A stretch of DNA of 64,000 nt from Octopus sinensis (taxonomy: Eukaryota), in contig NC_043014.1 in the NCBI RefSeq assembly GCF_006345805.1, positions 26,226,001 to 26,290,000 on the forward strand, given 5' to 3'. A model generated the notes under the pieces. That model did not search any database, was not told the DNA's origin, and saw nothing but the letters and a program-made list of their open reading frames with translations. Positions 50,989 through 62,591 of the stretch are shown here, piece after piece; the first letter of the stretch is position 1; each line of letters starts with the position of its first letter. The position numbers and the translations under genes are program-made.

Positions 50989-51775
50989 TAAAATATAAAA
51001 TTGAAAACTTTAAATTATTTAAATTGAAAATAAAAATTATGAAATTATATTTATAATTTGTTTAAAAATATATATAACTATGAAAAAGTATGAAAAAGTT
51101 TAATATACATAAATACAGATATATACACTTTGTATATATACATTATATATACATATTTATATATAGAACACACACACACACACACATACATTATATATAC
51201 ATATTTATATATAGAACACACACACACACATACATTATATATACATATTTATATATAGAACACACACACACACATACATTATATATACATATTTATATAT
51301 AGAACACACACACACATACATTATATATACATATATATATATAGAACACACACACACACACATATAAATGAACGCAAGAATATCTGATTCATAATATTTG
51401 TTCTCACACTCGTGTGTTGATTGTTGGTGACAGACATATACTTCAAAGAACGCCGCCGAAGTGATAGGAAGGTAGGAAACAGAGTCAGTGAAAAAGAAAG
51501 GAAATAGCGATAGTGACAGATACTTTAAATAACCGTAGTGGCATTCTGAAAGTTATAAATGAAGAGGAGTGACAGAGTACTGGAGGAAATAGGGTGAAGT
51601 AGGAAGATGGCCCCTAGAAACCACAGCTTTTAAGATAGGGATTTCTAAGGTAGCCCACGCGCATCGTCACCTCATTCTACATGTCCCTGTAAATTTTGGA
51701 GCGAATCGGACGGGATGTAGTGGCATTGAAAGCGAACCAAGCGGTAAAAACGCAATTCAGTTTTATATATAGAGA

Positions 51776-51837
51776 CTAGCTGAAGGGACCCGCTCTACGC
51801 GCGGGTAAGAGCGTGGTATATATATATAAATGTATAC

Positions 51838-51885
<48 letters not shown>

Positions 51886-54800
51886 CAGATATATGCACTT
51901 TGTATATACATATTTACATATATACATATTTATATATAGATACACACACACATATAAATTAACCCAATAAATATCTGATTCATAATATTTGTTGTCATGA
52001 TTGAGTGGTGGTTGTGGCGATGATAATTCTCTCTATGAATGCAGACAGATGTAGAGAGTGAGAGTGTGTGAAAACGCTGTGGAAGACAGGGAGGAGGGAT
52101 AACGGACGCTGTGAAACGACGTTATATAGAGAAGTGAATGTAAGGGAGGTAGACGCTGTGAAACGACGTTATAGATAGAATGTGAAAGGAAGGGAGAAAA
52201 GTGAGTGAGTGATGGAGGAAGACAGATACATAAAAGAATATGAGTGTTGGACGTTTTGTTTGTTGGACCAATGTATTAAGGTAGTATTGTTCTATTGTTT
52301 TAAAACGAAAGAGGCAATGTGTTTGTTTAAAAAATAAAAAAATCTGTAATAGTGAATGAAATTAGATTTCACACCCAGCTCAGTTTTGTAGAAAGAGTAT
52401 CACGACGTGAACTCATGAGTTGGGAGTTTGACTGAGAGAGTTTATATGGTGACACATTCCAGTCCTTTCGACACCACCTAAACAATAGAATAGTGTATAA
52501 AATGTAATTAACAACTCATTCACTTTATGAATGTCTTATGTTAGCGAAGAAACAATAACTTGACAAAACGGTTTAATGGAGACGTAGAAGGAATTGGAAA
52601 ATGAGGAATAAAGAGAATGAGTTGGATCAAATGTTTGCAAACATGTGAACCCAATGTTCTTTATGAAGCATGTTCTTTTTAATGTCTTTATTTTCAAGAA
52701 TGAAGAGGTGCAAAATAAAAAATCAAGCAAAATTTCATGACTCACAATCAGTTTTCTTTTGTCAGAGCCTCCTGATAAACCACGTTCCTTGTGCGCTCAT
52801 GATTGCCAAGAATGAAGAGTTTATGTGGATTTCCAACTCGAGAACAGGCTACGTACAATTGACCATGACTGAAAACCGGTTGTGACAGGTTAATGCCTAC
52901 AATGTCCAGTGATTGTCCCTGTGACTTGTTGATTGTCATCGCGAAGCATAGTTTTATCGGAAATTGAAAGGGCTTAAACTGAATGGGAACATCAGAGGGT
53001 GAAATACTCATTTTACGTATCATCTTGATTGTTCCTACAAATGGGCCACTCAAAATTTCAGCAGTTATAACATGGCTTTGAATCCTCCTTATAACCATTC
53101 GGGTTCCATTGCATATTTCAGGCGTTTCCATATTTCTGAGCACCATGATTGGAGCACCAACTTTCAAACACAACGATGAGGTGGAAGTCCCGGATGTGTT
53201 AGCTTGTTGAGTAGCTCGGGTGGATATTTGACTGCATCATTCTCATCTTTATTTTTATCGATGGACATTAAAGAAACTATCTCACCAGGAATCATATCAA
53301 GTACTTGTTTATTTGTAGCATCAGCTGTTGTATTATGAGGCGATAGAATAGCTCTTGCTCTTAGCCAATCGAGATCCTGGAAGTTGGTTCGACGTCAGGT
53401 AAAACGGCTCTTATAAGTTCCTCTACATTTGGAACGAAATTCCCAAAAGGCAACCGAATATGCTCATCATCAACGAAAGGCAAAACTCCATCACCAAGAT
53501 CTAATAGGTGTTTTGCGAAAGCCTCAGACTCCACATCACCATGTAGGTGGACTCTCATGTTTGTTTGAAGATGGCGACTGATAATACTGTGCCACACATA
53601 AGAATGCTTTTAACCTCATCGGCTCTAGTGCCTGCTCGGACAACAGGAAGAGTTTGTCGAAAATCTCCTGCCATGAGAAACGTAGCCCCACCCATTATTT
53701 TTGTATTGTGACGCAAATCTTGGAGAGTTCTGTCAAGAGCTTCAAACATGGCCTTATTACGCATTGTAGCCTCATCCCAAATAAAAAGACTGCATTCACG
53801 AAGAAGTCTTGCTCTTGAGGAACTACGATCTATATTACATATAGGATTATCTTTCTTTCCAATGTCCATGGGCAATTTGAATGCACTATGTGCCGTACGG
53901 CAGCCTTGAAGCAGTGTCGCTGCAATACCACTTGAAGCACATGCAATGGCAATTCGGCGTTCAGCGCGCAGCTTTGCGAGAATCAAATTGATAACGAAAG
54001 TTTTACCAGTACCACCTGGAGCATTCAAAAAGAAAAGCTTTCCTTGGTTCAATGTAACGCTGTCAATAATTTCATTATAAATCTCTCTTTGTTCAGGCAA
54101 AAGTCTTGGTTCATCTCGCGTAATTGTTTCCGTCAATTCGGCAATGTTGTAGTTTTTTTGACATGTATTCAACATCCAAAGGCGCTTCATGATGGACAGG
54201 TGTTGGCAGATGGAATTCACTTAAACCGCGTATAACATAGCGTCTGATGTGTCTGTCCATGTCGATTAATGCCTCATTATAAACATCGTCGTTGCCATCA
54301 GGTAGCGCTAAATTAGCCTGTATGTCCTTTGATAGGCTCTGTCTGAACGATTCCCAGAGGTTAAGAGGGTTGCTGGGATTACAGTGGATTAATATGCTAC
54401 AAAACAATCGACGCATTTGTCATGGCAGTTTACAATTTGAGGACTCTGCTAATGTCCTGTGTAAGTGGTCGTCATTGAGAAGAATTCCGCGCCTCAAACA
54501 TGCTTCCCTGTAAGTGGCGCAGATGATACCATCAACCGTGCGAAGATCAGCAAAAGACTTCGGTCCAGTAACTACATGAAGTAGCATTCTCAAAAAGAAG
54601 ATTTCCTGTTTGGTAGGATGAATATTATACACACGTCCAATGACGTTCTTCCTAGAAACACCAGGCCAATTGTCAAGTTCTGTTCCATGTGACCTGCGCT
54701 TCCAATTATTGTTGTTGTATGTGTAATATTCCGGTACTTCAGGGTAAATGAGAGTAGCAGCAAACTCATCAACTGAACACAATTTAAAAAATGCTGTAAG

Positions 54801-57009
54801 CGTAGTCCCTTTTGGATTTTCAATGACTTGACGTGCATTTTTCTCTGTGAAGTAAACCAGCTGTCTCTTCTGTAAATGAACATTCAGGTGGAAAACTGTT
54901 GGTGAGCTTAGATGAATCTCGTATCCAAAAATGCGCCACGCTGCATAATTGGAGGATACATACCTACCCAAAACGAATTGTTTAATTTCGTCATGTCTAA
55001 GGTCTTCATCACTGAACACAAACACGGCCATATCATCGCCCTTATTAATGTACTTGCAGAGGTATTGTATGCATCTCACCGAACTGCAGTACTCAACATT
55101 AATGTGTGCATTAAATGTTTTGGAAAGCAAAGGGTTGAATGGAACGATCCAGGCATTATCAACATCGAATGTTTTTAGCCGTTGTCTAATTGTAGCTGTG
55201 CGGCCACCCAAACCTGGGTCACGCCTTCGGTAGATGGGATATCCGTCATTCATAGTGCAGGTTTGACCGCAAAAGTCTCTAGGGTACCGCTTCGAACATC
55301 TTTTATTCTTCATGCATGGACTTCTCGGATTAAAGTCACCACATGGACCGTGAATCATATGCTTTGTCACACTGCTGTGCAGCTGAGGATCAGCATTTTG
55401 ATCGGGCAACTCAGCAGATATAATTATGTCAATATCCACAGGGTGGATTCTATCGTGACACCAGGCTAGCATATGAACGTGTGGAAGACCTCTCTTCTGC
55501 CATTCCACAGTATACATCCAAGCAGACAGTGGGCCAAATATATGCAAAACTTTCATTAAAAATAGCATTTTCTTCAACTTGGCATGAAAAACGCGCGCCA
55601 CAATGTCATGTCTGTGCTCTGGCAGCTGCCCAGCGAACACATTGTCTTTAATCTCTGGCCAGGTAGGATTGCAGGTAAATGTAATGAAGAGGTCCGGCTT
55701 TCCAAACTTACCGAGGTATGTCATTGCGTCCTGCATTCGTTTATTCATATACCGAGGTGAGCCAATAAATGTTGAAGGAAGAATAATACGTTTTCCTACG
55801 TTGGCTGCATCACCGTCTTGACGCATTGCATCCTCTAGATTAACGTATTCTGTTGCTCTTAATTGGTCCTGGTGAGAACGAATGTATTTTAAACGTTCGG
55901 ACTCAACTTTACAATACATGTCGACCAAAAACTGATTGGTCAAAGAATGGCACCTTAGTACTAAATTGAAATCGTTTTCTCGCACCATGAGTCGATAGGC
56001 GTAAAATGCCTTGCAGGAAACCTTCTTGTCAAGAAGTGTGAGAATTGTGGGATCAACCTTTTGAATTTCTAAGTGGTATCCATCCTCTCCATGAGGAAAA
56101 AGGAGAGGGTACTGCAAGCAATCGTAACATCGGTGTAATTCTGAAACAAAAGTCACGTCTTCGTCGCGGTGACGGAGGATTATGTCACGATTTCCATGGA
56201 CCTCATCGACCATGAGTGCTGCAACTTCATTCGTAGTTGGAGCGTTGAAACGACCAGTGTGCTCACCGGCAGGAGTTTTGTCGGAATGTAAACATGATTT
56301 GTTTTAAGAGAAAGATTGTCATGATTGTGTGTTGGTGGTGGTGGTGGTGGTGGCGATGATAATTATCATTAGGAAAAAGAGTGAGGAAGACATACATAAG
56401 TGGCGATGATAATTGTAGACCCCTTTTCACATTTTGATGAAGAGAACCCGATTTCATTCGTGTGTACTGGGGCCCACATATAGGTGTTTGTGTGTGTGTG
56501 TGTGTGTGTGCACGCTGTAGAAATTAAATTAGAGATCAAACCACTAAAAGGGAAATGAAACAGTAAAATAAACGCAAACATAAAAATAAAAATATATGTA
56601 TATATGTGTGTGTGTGTGTGTGTTGACAGGTAGACAATAGAATGCGATGGCGATGGGGATGGCGAGTAATATTTGTTACTGTCCATGAACGCTGATAGAT
56701 ACATGAGTAAAATGTATAGGAAGGTAAGAGATAAGAGTGAGAGAGTGATTTGAGGAAGACTTTACATTAAATAACGGTAGTTGCATTGTCAAATGAAGAG
56801 GAGTGACAGAGTACTGGAGGAAATAGGGTGAGGTAGGAAGATGGCCCCTAGCAACCACACCTTTTAAGATAGGGATTTCTAAGGTAGCCCACGCGCATCG
56901 TCACCTCATTCTACATGTCCCTGTAAATTTTGGAGCGAATCGGACGGGATGTAGTGGCATTGAAAGCGAACCAAGCGGTAAAAACGCATTTCAGTTTTAT
57001 ATATAGAGA
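51776..57009 (-). mobile_element. Helitron unit 1 (autonomous-derived, 5.2 kb)
   Basis: 5' A|TCTCTATATATAAAAC at 57009, 3' hairpin ACCCGC-GCGTAGA-GCGGGT then CTAG at 51776, and Rep-helicase coding sequence inside. Confidence 0.88.
52748..56290 (-). pseudogene. Helitron Rep-helicase (HUH endonuclease plus PIF1-family helicase), disrupted; largest open frame 54420-56213 (597 aa)
   Basis: PDLFITFTCNP, EWQKRGLPHVH (HUH), YLCKYINKG (catalytic Tyr), GGTGKT (Walker A), WDEATM (Walker B), GDFRQTLPV, and FAMTINKSQGQS..FSHGQLYVACSRV. One in-frame TGA at 54420-54422 and several frameshifts. Confidence 0.93.
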
Positions 57010-57019
57010 TATATATATA

Positions 57020-57263
57020 CTGGTAGAATGTGTAAAAAGAAAACATTATTGTAAACAAAATTGAAAACAAAATTGTAATTTCTAAGTTTAACATAGTTTA
57101 ATTCTTCGAATTTTAACCAATGAAATCCCAGCATTTGAGCTGAAATCATTTGCTGCGTTATCGATATTGATAAAGAAACATAGCAGACGCACACACACAT
57201 ATATATTCAGATACATACACACGTACACTTGCACACACACACACACACGCTCTCTCCCTGTCA

Positions 57264-57315
<52 letters not shown>

Positions 57316-58050
57316 CACATGCATATACATTTGTACAAGCACATAGTAATTAATATATAAGCGTACACACACATACAAACGGAGATATACATACACACAC
57401 ATACGCACACAAGCATACATACACGTTCGTGAGTTCGCGTCCCCTCTGTGTTTTGCCCCTTGCCGCAACAAATTTACACAAAAGGTAAATAAACCAGAAT
57501 GTTTCATCGTTTCGGGGTCGATAAATTAAGTATCAATTACGCACTGGTGTCGAGGATTTTTTTCCCAATTTATATCACAGCCTCCGACAAGCTGGGGCAT
57601 CCTTTTATGAAAAAATATTTCGCAAATTTTTACAATACGACCCACACTCCACGCGCACCCTCATATCCCACTCTAGACCGATTTAGACATATTATTGTTT
57701 TGTTTTTGTTGTTTCTGGCCCATCAAAACCATGGGAGAAGCCTTTTCGGTAAAAAAAAGAAAATATTAAAAAAATATCGTTAATATTTATATTGGGCGAC
57801 GAAATTCATCGATTTAAGAGATATAGCTGTTATTTCTAGCACATGCAGAAGACAGAAGACAGAAGACAGAAGAGAGAAGGATGAATAAGACGTCTGTGTG
57901 TGAGTTTTTAAACGCAGCAAATGATTTTAGTACAAATGCTGGGATTTCATTGGTTAAAATTCGAAGAATTAAACTACGTTAAACTTACAAATTACAATTT
58001 TGTTTGCAATTTTGTTTGCAATAATGTTTTCTTTTGACACATTCTACCAG
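57020..58050. mobile_element. MITE-like element with TIRs of about 145 bp and TA flanks
   Basis: TA|CTGGTAGAATGTG.. at the left end and ..CACATTCTACCAG|TA at the right end. The arms at about 57020-57163 and 57910-58050 are reverse complements. Confidence 0.8.
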
Positions 58051-58882
58051 TATACGAAGTTTCAAATTATTTAGTTAACTAGAAGATTCCGTCCATCAAA
58101 AAGAAAAGATCCCATATATATCTATATACTGAGAATAAATATATATATATATATATGTACAAACTTACTTTATATACATACATATATACTCACACATACA
58201 CATTCACCCAAACACGCACACACATATACACACATACGCACACACACACAAACACACAGACACACACTCATTCATGCTTTATAGATATTATCAAAGTTCA
58301 AATGTTTGTACAGAGCGGAGCTTGTATGGCATAAGAAGAAGTTATAAACAGATAATACAAAAGAGAACTGCTGTTCAGTGAAGACATAGAAAACCTTTGT
58401 TGATATGTCATTCATATTTGATTTTTTTCTTCTTTGCTTTGCCAACCATTGAATTCTTTAAACTCAACTTTCATTAGCGCACGTCACACGCAACACATCA
58501 CATGTTAACCCATACCAATAGACATAATCAACTCCTCTATGAAACACTTAAGATATTCTTAGTGAACATTTTTATCTAGTCAATTTACATGAATTCAAGA
58601 TGCAGACGTTTAACCACATATTCGTTATTGATGATGCATATACATAAGTGATACATAGGGTCAGATTGAATGCCATCTACCCCATTCTGCAAATGAACTC
58701 AATGTCTAAATTATAAATCCACCGAATATATTTTAAAGTAAATAATGTTTGTCACGATATGTACAAATAAACACACACATACGTATATATGCATACTCAA
58801 CCTCATCCTCGCATAGATATATACCTACATTTATATATAGACATAAAAATGGAAATATATACACAAGCATAAAAGGTGTGTA

Positions 58883-59487
58883 CACTCGTACAGGTATATA
58901 TTCACACTCGCCGCAAACATGAATATACATATATATACATATGTATAGAGGTGCATATATATATATATATAAACCTTCCTGCCTATCAACACACTTACAA
59001 CTGCAGATATATACAAGCGTATATACATACATATATGTTGTTGTTGTTTTTGTGTGTTGTGTGCAATTATATATTTAAAATTTGTAGTTGAACTAAAGCT
59101 AATTTTTAGGCTATGCGTTTTAAAGTGCGGTCTTTACGATATGGAAAGATGGCTCATCTGGAAAAGTTCTTTAGACTCCATTACATGTCTAAATTCAAGA
59201 ACTGAACTTTTGAATCATGTCCACATATGACAAAATACTTGTTACGTTTTTGTCCCCACCCCCCGACTAAAGATAGGACCTGCTTTTTTTAATTATGTAT
59301 CCGTTGCATAAGAGTGACTGTCATGCACATGTCTCCTTCCTTTATACATATATGTATGTATATACGTTTGTATATCTGAAGTTGTAGGTGTGTTAATAGA
59401 TAGGAGGGTGTATATGTATTTAGATGCACCTCTATACATGTATATATTCATGTTTGCGGCGATTGTGAATATATACCTGTACGAGTG
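58883..59487. mobile_element. MITE-like element with degenerate TIRs of about 150 bp and TA flanks
   Basis: TA|CACTCGTACAGG.. at the left end and ..CCTGTACGAGTG|TA at the right end. Arms at about 58883-59037 and 59346-59487. Confidence 0.7.
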
Positions 59488-59489
59488 TA

Positions 59490-60677
59490 AAAAAACATTT
59501 TAGGAGGTAGACCCAGACCCGAGACTGAAACAGGATGCACATGTAGGGGTAACACAACTTGTCCACTAAACGGCCAATGCTATACGGAAACAGTTGTTTA
59601 CGAGGCAGAATAGCAACAGGACTCAGTGGACAACCGAGCGTGCGGTAATATGTGGGGGCAACTGAATGACCCTTCAGAACCCGCTTTAATAATCACAAGT
59701 CATCATTCAACATCCCAGAGTGATGTAACGCCACAACTCTAGCCAAGCAAGTCTGGGCTTTGAAAGAAAGCGCTACGAAGTACAGCATAAAGTGGAATGT
59801 CAGAGAAAGATGCAAACCGTACGTCAATAGTAGCAGGGAAAGCAGTTTATGCCTGGCTGAGAAGAGAGCGATTTTAAAAGGTATCCACTCAATAGCAGGA
59901 GTGAGATATTTAATCCTTGTCTGCATGAAAGTACATTCTATCATACCTGCACGACCCACCATGACTGCAACTACATGTCCCCTGCCTCGACCTGCCGCAA
60001 ACGCCAGTCCATAAATGCTCTTGGCCCCCGCAGAAAGAGTTTAACCAAGACACACACCAATGCACCCATGTACACATATGTACACCCCTATAAGGCGGAT
60101 ATCCCGCATGTAACTATCCCCACCACACCCAGCACATACCCATCTCACGCAAATTATGCTCCTACCTAAACACAGATCCCACCACACACACACATTAAAT
60201 ATTACACACAGCACGCTAATATAAAACCCCACGACTTTATCCTTTACAGAAACAAAACAAACCAACGAACACAGGGCTATATATACCTACACCCACAGAA
60301 GAAATTATACATATGACACTGCTACACGTACCACACACCTCATTCCACACACTCCATCCCCGCAGGGATACCATATTATTAATACACACTTTACCCACTT
60401 CAAGATAACTCTTGCCGGCTTCTCAACACACCTAACGAAGGGACATAACTCTTAGTCAAATCCCCTGGTCCATTTATCATTACACCAATCTTTTCTCATC
60501 AGCCGCTAACCGGTTGTGCTAATCCACCTCCGACAGTCGCCATATTATCTTCCATATCGGCTACCTCTGATGAGCGGAATTATATAATTGGGTTTTTACA
60601 TACCATTCCATTGTATTTTTGCGTAAAACCGATTGGTAAGACCAGCCGTGATGGGTACTTCATACTATAAAATTCGG

Positions 60678-60680
<3 letters not shown>
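59490..60680 (+). mobile_element. Penelope-like element 3' fragment (Cys-rich linker, GIY-YIG pseudogene, pLTR); Naiad-like by motif
   Basis: CTCRGNTTCPLNGQCYTETVVYEAE..YVGATE*PFRTRFNNHKSSF..TTLAKQVWALK..YSIKWNVRERCKPY..LCLAEK. Stops and a frameshift are present. Confidence 0.8.
60558..60648 (+). ncRNA. Degenerate type I hammerhead HHR-7
   Basis: CGGCU..CU-CUGAUGA-GC-GGAAU..AUUCC..GC-GUAAAA-CCGAUUGG-UA/AG..AGCCG. The GAAA core is disrupted by 2 extra nt; stem III ACCGAUUGGU is near-palindromic. Confidence 0.45.
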
Positions 60681-60720
<40 letters not shown>

Positions 60721-60939
60721 TCACAAATTCGTTTGTGTGTGTGTGTATTTTGGGGAGGGTGGCTTTGAGCATGAGCGCGGTTTATTTCTGTACTGATTGA
60801 AAGAAAATGGTGAAGATCGTGAACGTCTAGAATGTACTATGCTCGACATAATCTATTTCCTCCTACCAGAGGGTTGACCTGCTCAGAGCTCGACATTTTC
60901 TAGCGCTGAGCTAGATAAAATCGTCGAAACAGTTGCATT

Positions 60940-60947
60940 TATAAATA
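60940..60947 (+). promoter_or_regulatory. Candidate TATA box for the Rh gene
   Basis: TATAAATA lies upstream of a weak donor CC|GTAACT (61056) and the strong acceptor at 61257. This is inference only. Confidence 0.25.
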
Positions 60948-61360
60948 TTTCTGGACCCCGGCTTGTAGCTGTGTATTTTTTCGCAAAGAGTTGTTGTTTA
61001 ACTAACTCAAAGCCGAATCTAAACGCACAAACATGTTATCAAATGCATTTCAACCGTAACTTCACCGTTTTCCCATTCAAGAATAATGTATCCCAATATC
61101 GATAATAGCTGATTTGTGTAGGATTTTATAGTGACTTTTTCAGCAGTGACGGATTTATCGTTAGTGCATCTGTGTACAAACTAAACTGTAAATATTAGAG
61201 TCTTTTATACAGTACTCATCAACTCTGATTTTTATCTTTTTTCTTTTTCTTTTACAGATTGGATTTGACTGCAACTAATTGTGATAACACGAAAGAATAA
61301 AAACTATAGAAGAAAAAAGAAGAAAAAATTCATTCGTTTTTTTAAGCAACTAGGACAACT

Positions 61361-61520
61361 ATGGGTGCCTCAATCTGCAGATCGAAAGTCGGCTGGCTTT
61401 TGTTAATACTCCAAGTAATCTTTATTATATTGTTTGCTACCACTGTAGAGTATACGAAGACCGCAGACAGTAAAATGTCCAAGGGTACCAAGAACACTGA
61501 TGTCTCATCATATTATGCAA
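61361..61520 (+). CDS. Rh50: First coding exon of an Rh-family (Rh50/RhAG-RhBG-like) ammonium transporter; the gene continues beyond the window
   Basis: MGASICRSKVGWLLLILQVIFIILFATTVEY..DVSSYYA matches the Rh N-terminal TM1 and the YY(P/A) motif that precedes FQDVH. Phase-1 donor AA|GTAATG at 61521. Polypyrimidine tract plus TTTACAG acceptor ends at 61257, so the exon starts at 61258. Confidence 0.8.
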
Positions 61521-61545
61521 GTAATGCGTCTTTTCATCCATTTTA

Positions 61546-61600
<55 letters not shown>

Positions 61601-61779
61601 ATCTATCTATCTATATCTATCTATCTATCTAAATACATATGCATGGGCTTCTATGTGATTAGTAAACTCTTTTGCCCCAGCATGACTACAGTCAAGTGAT
61701 ATGAAACAGTAAAAGAAGAAAAAAGCTGCTTTGTCGTAGAAAAATATCAACGTATAAAAATTTTCAATATTAGATGCGT

Positions 61780-61990
61780 TTAAGGCGGCGAGCAGGCAGA
61801 ATCGTTAGCATAACGGGTAAAATGCTTGGCGGCATTTCGTCCATTTTTACGTTCTGAGTTCTAATTCCGCTGGGGTCGACTTTGCCTTTCATCTTTTCGG
61901 GGTCGATAAAACCAGTTGAACACTGGTCGATTTGATCGACTTAGCCCCTCTCTCAGTCCTGCTAGCCTTGGGCCAAAATTTGAGACTAAT
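61780..61990 (+). mobile_element. SINE family B copy
   Basis: TTAAGGCGGCGAGCAGGCAGAATCGTTAGC..GAGTTCTAATTCCGC. Confidence 0.75.
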
Positions 61991-62175
61991 ATTAAATGCG
62001 TGTAGAGTTGAAGCAAACGTGGACCATTTAGTTATTTTTGACATTCATTAAAGAAACCTTTTATTCAAGATCATCTCAAAGTTGAATTCCCCAGGCACAG
62101 ATTTACGAGACAAAATGACTGGACACAACATAACACTGAAGAAGTCTCGAAATATAACAGCACAGAAATAGATAA

Positions 62176-62591
62176 AGGAGTGGCTGTGTGGTAAGTAGCT
62201 TGCTTACCAACCACATGGTTCCGGGTTCAGTCCCACTGCCTGGCACATTGGGCAAGTGTCTTCTACTATTGCCTCGGGCCGACCAAAGCCTTGTGAGTGG
62301 ATTTGGCAGATGGAAAATGAAAGAAGCCCGTCGTATATATGTATATATATATATGTGTGTGTGTGTGTATATATATATATATGTATATATATGTGTGTGT
62401 GTATATATGTGTGTCTGTATTTGTCCCTCAACATCGCTTGACAACCGATGCTGGTGTGTTTACGTCCCAGTAACTTAGCGGTTCGGCAAAAAGAGTCCGA
62501 TAGAATAAGTACTAGGCTTACAAAGAATAAGTCCTAAAAGGCGGTGCTCCAGCATGGCCATAGTCAAATGAAACAAGTAAAACAGTAAAAG
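62176..62591 (+). mobile_element. SINE family A, nearly full length, in the Rh intron
   Basis: AGGAGTGGCTGTGTGGTAAGTAGC..GGTTCAGTCCC..CAAGTAAAACAG. Confidence 0.85.

Larger units (their letters stand above)
48602..51775 (-). mobile_element. Non-autonomous Helitron unit 2 (downstream member of the tandem) with nested insertions
   Basis: 5' TC at 51775; 51530-51775 is nearly identical to 56770-57009. 3' hairpin plus CTAG|T at 48602-48635. Segments 49590-49960 resemble 56410-56600. Confidence 0.7.
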
